The notes under the pieces are model-generated. The model was not told the origin of the DNA, did no database searches, and saw only the letters and a list, made by a program, of their open reading frames with translations. From positions 48,174,001-48,238,000 of the forward strand of contig CM022665.1 of NCBI GenBank assembly GCA_012295275.1: a stretch of 64,000 nucleotides of DNA, given 5' to 3'. Positions within the stretch are counted from its first letter, which is position 1. Each line of letters opens with the position of its first letter. Below are positions 55,651 through 64,000 of the stretch, piece by piece. Made by a program: the position numbers and the translations under genes. This DNA is from Chrysomallon squamiferum (taxonomy: Eukaryota; Animalia; Mollusca).

Positions 55651-57912
55651 TAAAAATATTGAACTCATAATATCTGGAGTTCCTGTGGTTACATCATCGA
55701 CTGAGGTAGACAATTCATTTACTTTACTTCAATAAGTTACTGTAAAATTATAATAAATTATGCTAATTAATGCAGTTTGGAAATTAAAGCGCATGATAAA
55801 GAGTTTTGTGGTTTGTTTACATTGTTGACAAAAACAATATATATAATAATAAAAAATAAATATGTACTTGCTAAAATTAGTTAATCACAGAACAAGCACT
55901 ATAATACAAAATTATAAACACGCTTGTTAAATGTTTAGTTTGGATTACGTCATCATTTTAACCTTAGTTTGGATTACGTCATCATAAGAACCTTTCTTAC
56001 TTAAATTACAATTATTTCGTACGTAAAACAAATCACACACATACAAATATATACAAACATATACACAGACGTAGAAATATAAATAAAAACACGTAATTAT
56101 ACAAACATGCACATATACAGACAGAAAAATATATTTACAACTTTACATATTCACAAACGTACACGTTTACAGACATGGGCATGTACATACACAAAACACA
56201 TACATACACTGTCACACACATACATATGCATACAAACACATGCACACACACACACACATACAGGCAAGCAATTATTCTGCTCTATATAAACAGAATAATA
56301 ACCAATACAAAACAAATAACTAGCCAATCACAGGAGCTCTTACAAAAGCTTGCAGCCAATCATATTTTAACACATATGCTGGTTTAGCTGTACACTCTCT
56401 CAAGCACACTGTTTAAAAAAATATATATCCAGTACTTGAAAGCTTATTATTTTTTAATCTTATCTCTAACATTTAACACATTAAATGTTATAAAATGTTC
56501 TTGTTTTAGTATTCAAAGTGTGTGGGTATATTAAAAAATAATAATACATGTTTATTGGCTGGCATGCATGATTTGGTTGTGTCTGTATGTCTGTGTGTCT
56601 GTATTGGAAAGGTACTTCGACCTTAAGCTGAATGAGTTGTTCTTTTGATAAAACAATATTATTAATAAATATTTTCAATAAAAACCTTTTTTTTTTTTTT
56701 TAACATATGTTTATCTCAAAACTGAAAATGATATCAGAATAGCAGCCTCTGTCTCAAAATAGACACAACGAGTTGCCATGACAACAGGAATACTGTAAAT
56801 ACCAAATTTTTATCTTAATCTTTAAACATTCTGGAATGGAAAAAAAAAAAAAATTTAAATTTAAAATTTCAGGCACAGAGAAATGAAATCAATATTTTAT
56901 TATTTTCTTTTTGAAACTTTTCATTTAAAAATCTTGTGTTCCTTACTTCATATTTTAAATATCAAACAGCAGTGCAAATTTTTATTTTATCATTTTCTCC
57001 TTTTTTTTCTTTGGGGATGGGTCCTATGTTAACTGTATTTTATATTTCTATTTTCTTTTCTTTTTTTTTTTTTTTTTGTATCATATGTCCTAATACTTCT
57101 TAGAAATATATTCATTTTTGTTTGAGCTTTTTGACATTATTATAACTTACAGTGTAAATGAACCAGTGTTAATCATGTACTACATTTTCAGTACTTCTAA
57201 GATGCTCAGAGTTATCTCTAACTTTCAAGTGCAGTCAAAAAAAAAAAAAAAAATAGAATTTTTTTTTTTTAATAACAGAATTATTTTAAAACTAAACCAG
57301 CAATTTTAGCTAACTCTGCATTGACTGGGGGCCAATAACTCTATTTCATTTTATAACAAACCAGTTCAAGCATACCCCAGGGCCAGTAACTCTGTTTTAA
57401 CTCGAGCCCAATCTGTCTGAACTGACATCCTGTGACTGTAACAAGTGAGTAACATACAAAACACAAGTAAAACAGTAGATAAGCCAAATATACCATGTTA
57501 GTACACAAACACACACAGTCTTTTGAGTATTTTGTAACCCAGAGACAGTTTAAGCTATGCATAAAAAATCATCAAAGTCAATCACTGGTTGATATCTCCA
57601 GTGTCTACATTGGTTGATATCTCCAGTGTCTACATTGGTTGATATCTTTAGTGTCTACACAGGTTGATATCTCCAGTGTCTACACTGGTTGATATCTCCA
57701 GTGTCTACACAGGTTGATACCACTAAAATTGACACTGGTTGATGATATCTTCAGTATCAACACCACTGGTTGATATTTTCAGTATATGATATATGCAGAC
57801 AAGTTAAAAATATTTATGAGAAAATAAAACAAATGTATAGGACGAGCAGATTTGATCACAGTAAAAGTTGACACAGTCTCTCAAATACACAACATCTAAT
57901 ACTGTTAACTAA

Positions 57913-58157
57913 CCCTTTCAGCACTAGCATCACATCACTCTGATGCAACAGTGTTTACTGCTTGCTCTCATTGGCTGAGCAAATCTGAATTAGCCAATCA
58001 GAATACTGGACACATTTTTTTATTTTTAAAAAGACGTCGTGTAAGCAGTGTTTTGACCAGATCTGAACAATGTTTCTGATTGTAAGAGTAAAAAAAAAAA
58101 AAATAATAATAAATAATAATGATAATAAAAACAGAAAACTGGAAGTGGCCAAAAGGG
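57913..58157. mobile_element. piggyBac-like MITE
   Basis: ctaa|CCCTTTCAGCACT ... AGTGGCCAAAAGGG|ttaa: CCCTTT-type TIRs with a TTAA target (left copy CTAA); internal inverted ATTGGCT/AGCCAAT. Confidence 0.5.
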
Positions 58158-61131
58158 TTAATTAAAAATGAAGCGTTTACAAGAAAAAGAATATAAATTT
58201 AAGTACTGTTATAACACATTGCACCTGTGACAAAAATCTCACAAGACTGAGTGGTCACTATACATTTTACATAATTGAAACAGTCAGAATAAACGTTTTT
58301 AGAGATGTAAAATTTAGTTACAAGATTTGTACAGCTTAGTAGGAAACTGTCACAAACATCCGACAGTAAAATTAGTAAACCATCTTCAAAATATTTACAA
58401 ATATTATTTTAATTTATTTCTAAAAATTCAAGAAATTATTAACAATTTTCTTCTGTGTTTAAATTTATAGATTTTATTCGACTTCAGTTTTCATCTATTT
58501 ATATTTTCGTGAATAAAATTTTTATATTACAGTATCTATTAAACTTCTTTTTAAAATTTAAAAATTTGCATTGTCTTTTTAAAAAAAACCCAATAAATTT
58601 GAAAAAATAAATAAATAAATCATCTGAAGAAAATATTTGAATTCAAGTTACTGTATTGTTTTTAATCTCCTTGGAAACCTTTGTTTCCACACCTAATACA
58701 GCTGTAGTAATTTGTTTGATCTCCTTGGAAACCATTGTACGCACAACACAGCTTAGTGAATACACTGTTTCATAATACTGAATGATTTACTTTTGTCACA
58801 CTGAATACATTACTCCATATTATTTGTATTTTAATTTTTCTAAAAAGAAGAAAAATAAAATTCTATATTTTTAACAGTAAAGTGACCTAGCATTTTATTA
58901 ATAAGTCAAAAAAAAAAAAAAAAAAAAAAAAATTTTTTAAAAAAAAAAAAGACCATCTCATTAGTAAAACTAATAAATAACTAAATAATAAATAAATAAA
59001 AAATCAGTTGAATAAACCTAAGGCTGCCTAAAAGAGGTAGCTATTTATAACTGAGTTTAACTAAACTGTACATCTGTAACAAAAGTGTACAGAAAGTAAG
59101 TAACAAGTTAGTATGTTAGTGATTAACATGTGAGATGGGGATGGCAGTGAAAACCTGGTTATTAAAGTTTTATGATTTTTTTAACCGTGAGTTCCAGCCT
59201 AAGAAACAATAATACGTGTCTCTGTGTATTAATTCAACTTGCTGATTAATGAGGTAATGATTATCATAAACTTTGTGATAAAACAACTACAGAAATATGT
59301 AAAACACCAATCAGAATCTAGCAGTCAACCAGCTGACCAATCAGAAGGTAGTATTTAATCAAACGGCCAATAAGAATGCAGCAATTAGCCAAATCAGAAT
59401 GTAGCAGCTAATGCTAGAGTTAAGTATAAGTTGTTGTACCAATCAATTAACAATACTTAAACACAGTAGCCAATCAGGTTGATGCTTTTAGTCCGACAGC
59501 CAATTAGAAAACTGCAGTTTAACAAATGTCCAATCAGAATGCAGAACATATTTTGACTTTTAGGATTAGCACCATCAGCATTATTAATTTGTGTTTTAAG
59601 CAGTAGTTTGCTAGGTAAGTAACATTTAGTATAAAAATAGCTGTACTACAATTCAGCAACATAGTTTAAACTGAGGCTTTCTGTGTTTCCTTAGCAACAT
59701 TTAAACTGTTATTTTAACAATTAATTCAGATTTGGTATTTAGCAGAATAATTTATTTAAACATGATTTTTTTGTTGTTGTTTTTTTGTTTTAGAAATAAT
59801 TTATAAAATCATAAAAACCAAACATTTCACCAATATCCATCATATACAAGAAACTACTCTAATTTGTAAAAATTATTTTAAAAATTGTGTTAAATGTGGT
59901 TGTTAATTTCTTTGTTAATAACAACAGATCTTTAAAAATATCAAAACAGATGAAATAACACTTTAAAAATAAAAATGAAAACATAATGTTAGTACATTGT
60001 TTAAAAATATCAAAAAACGTAACTTTGAGAAATATATCATTATAAAATGGATATTTCAGTTTTCTCCTCTTTGTTTTTTTTTTTTATCATGCATTTTAAA
60101 AGAGATTCAGTCCAGCTTAAATAAAGAATTACAAAAGAAAATAATGATAACAGCTGTAACAACATTGGTTTTCAGACCTAGTATCTAAATACATGATTGC
60201 AATGTTTTAAATAAATAACAGTCAACAACATCACACACAAAAAAAAACAATAACCCAGCGTCATCTGTCCTTCGGCCTAACAACCCCCCCACTGGTTGCC
60301 ATGACAACCCTTCTGTGCCTGATGACGCAAAGTTGTAACAGGATGAACAGGGAGTATTATCAAGGGGGTGTTGAACAACGTAAAACAACGTAAAACAACG
60401 TAAAACAGCATAAAACTTTTCTGTTAGTTCCTGATATCTGAGAGTTGAGCGATTCATTGTCATCACTTATACGAATTGCATGTCCAGTTCAGACAAGTTG
60501 TCCCCCTTTACACAAAACATTTAAAAAAAATTATAAACAGGAGCTGTCCCCTTTTACACAAGAATATCTGCATGTCACACAAGAGTTGTCTCCCATTACA
60601 CAAGTTACACACCCTTCTTATGCACATCTAGTTCTGGGATAGACAGGAGTTGTCCCCCCTTTACACAAGTTGCATTCTGAAACAGACCGAAGTTATCTCC
60701 CAATGTGAGCAGTGATTTTAAACGGAGGTCTCACTATCACAAAAACTTGATTCACACAAAGAAATAACTAACAAAGACTTTGTGTTGCATTAAAACACAC
60801 AACCTCTCACATTTGTGTTCACAAAAAATCCCTCCAAACCCAGCCGATGATGTGGTCTCCTTGTTGTTTCCATGGTTACGCACCGACAGACAAGTGTCAT
60901 GTGATTTGGGCTGTAAGAACACACAAAGGAGTGCATGTGCGTGCTCAGCAAGCATGCAATGCACGTGCACTGCCTGGCATATGAAACAAACTGTATGAAT
61001 GAAGGTAACAATTCTCTCTGGCTGTCTGTCTGTACAGCCATCTTTGTCTGTCTGTGTGTGTGTCTGTCTGTCTAAAAATATCACCACTGCCTTTCATGAA
61101 CAGTAAAATAACCTGGGCCTGTCACTCAACA

Positions 61132-63715
<2,584 letters not shown>

Positions 63716-64000
63716 TTACTACTTTATCATTATCTCTATCAACATCAGCAGCTACAACAACAGCAGTAGTTACTGTTGTGAGAATTACTATTTCAATTTC
63801 TGTAACTGTTTTATCATTATCATTACCAGCAGCAGTAGATGTGTAATATTGTTATTTATATGTAATAATAGGTCCTCTGTTTACCTGTAAACCATAGTTA
63901 CCTGGACTCAGGTGTTTGAATTTTCTATCTCACCTGTAAATTACTTTTTAGTTGTATTAATTGTACAATATTCATGTTACCTGTACAGGTATTGTGCCTA

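Overview
Animal (eukaryotic) genomic DNA: AT-rich, CpG-depleted and intron-rich. Invertebrate, probably a lophotrochozoan/mollusc, by inference only. Three spliced protein-coding genes can be rebuilt by hand. (1) The 3' two-thirds of transportin-3 (TNPO3, + strand, <1-10592). (2) A near-complete SLC1/EAAT2-like glutamate transporter (- strand, CDS 22122-38147) with a CpG-rich promoter and non-coding first exon near 51.0 kb. (3) The last four exons of a PDE3-type phosphodiesterase (- strand, 61132->63685). There is also a decayed pogo-like DNA transposon with TIRs and TA target sites (51316-53185) next to the transporter promoter, two MITE-like elements, and many micro- and minisatellites. Nearly all ORFs in the supplied track are spurious repeat translations. 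The most striking pattern is that most introns of all three genes carry a minisatellite that starts at a splice junction, often with a unit that copies the junction itself. This creates arrays of decoy donors, acceptors and AG|GT sites. Two exons next to such arrays are scrambled and a third has a displaced donor, most likely through assembly/consensus error.
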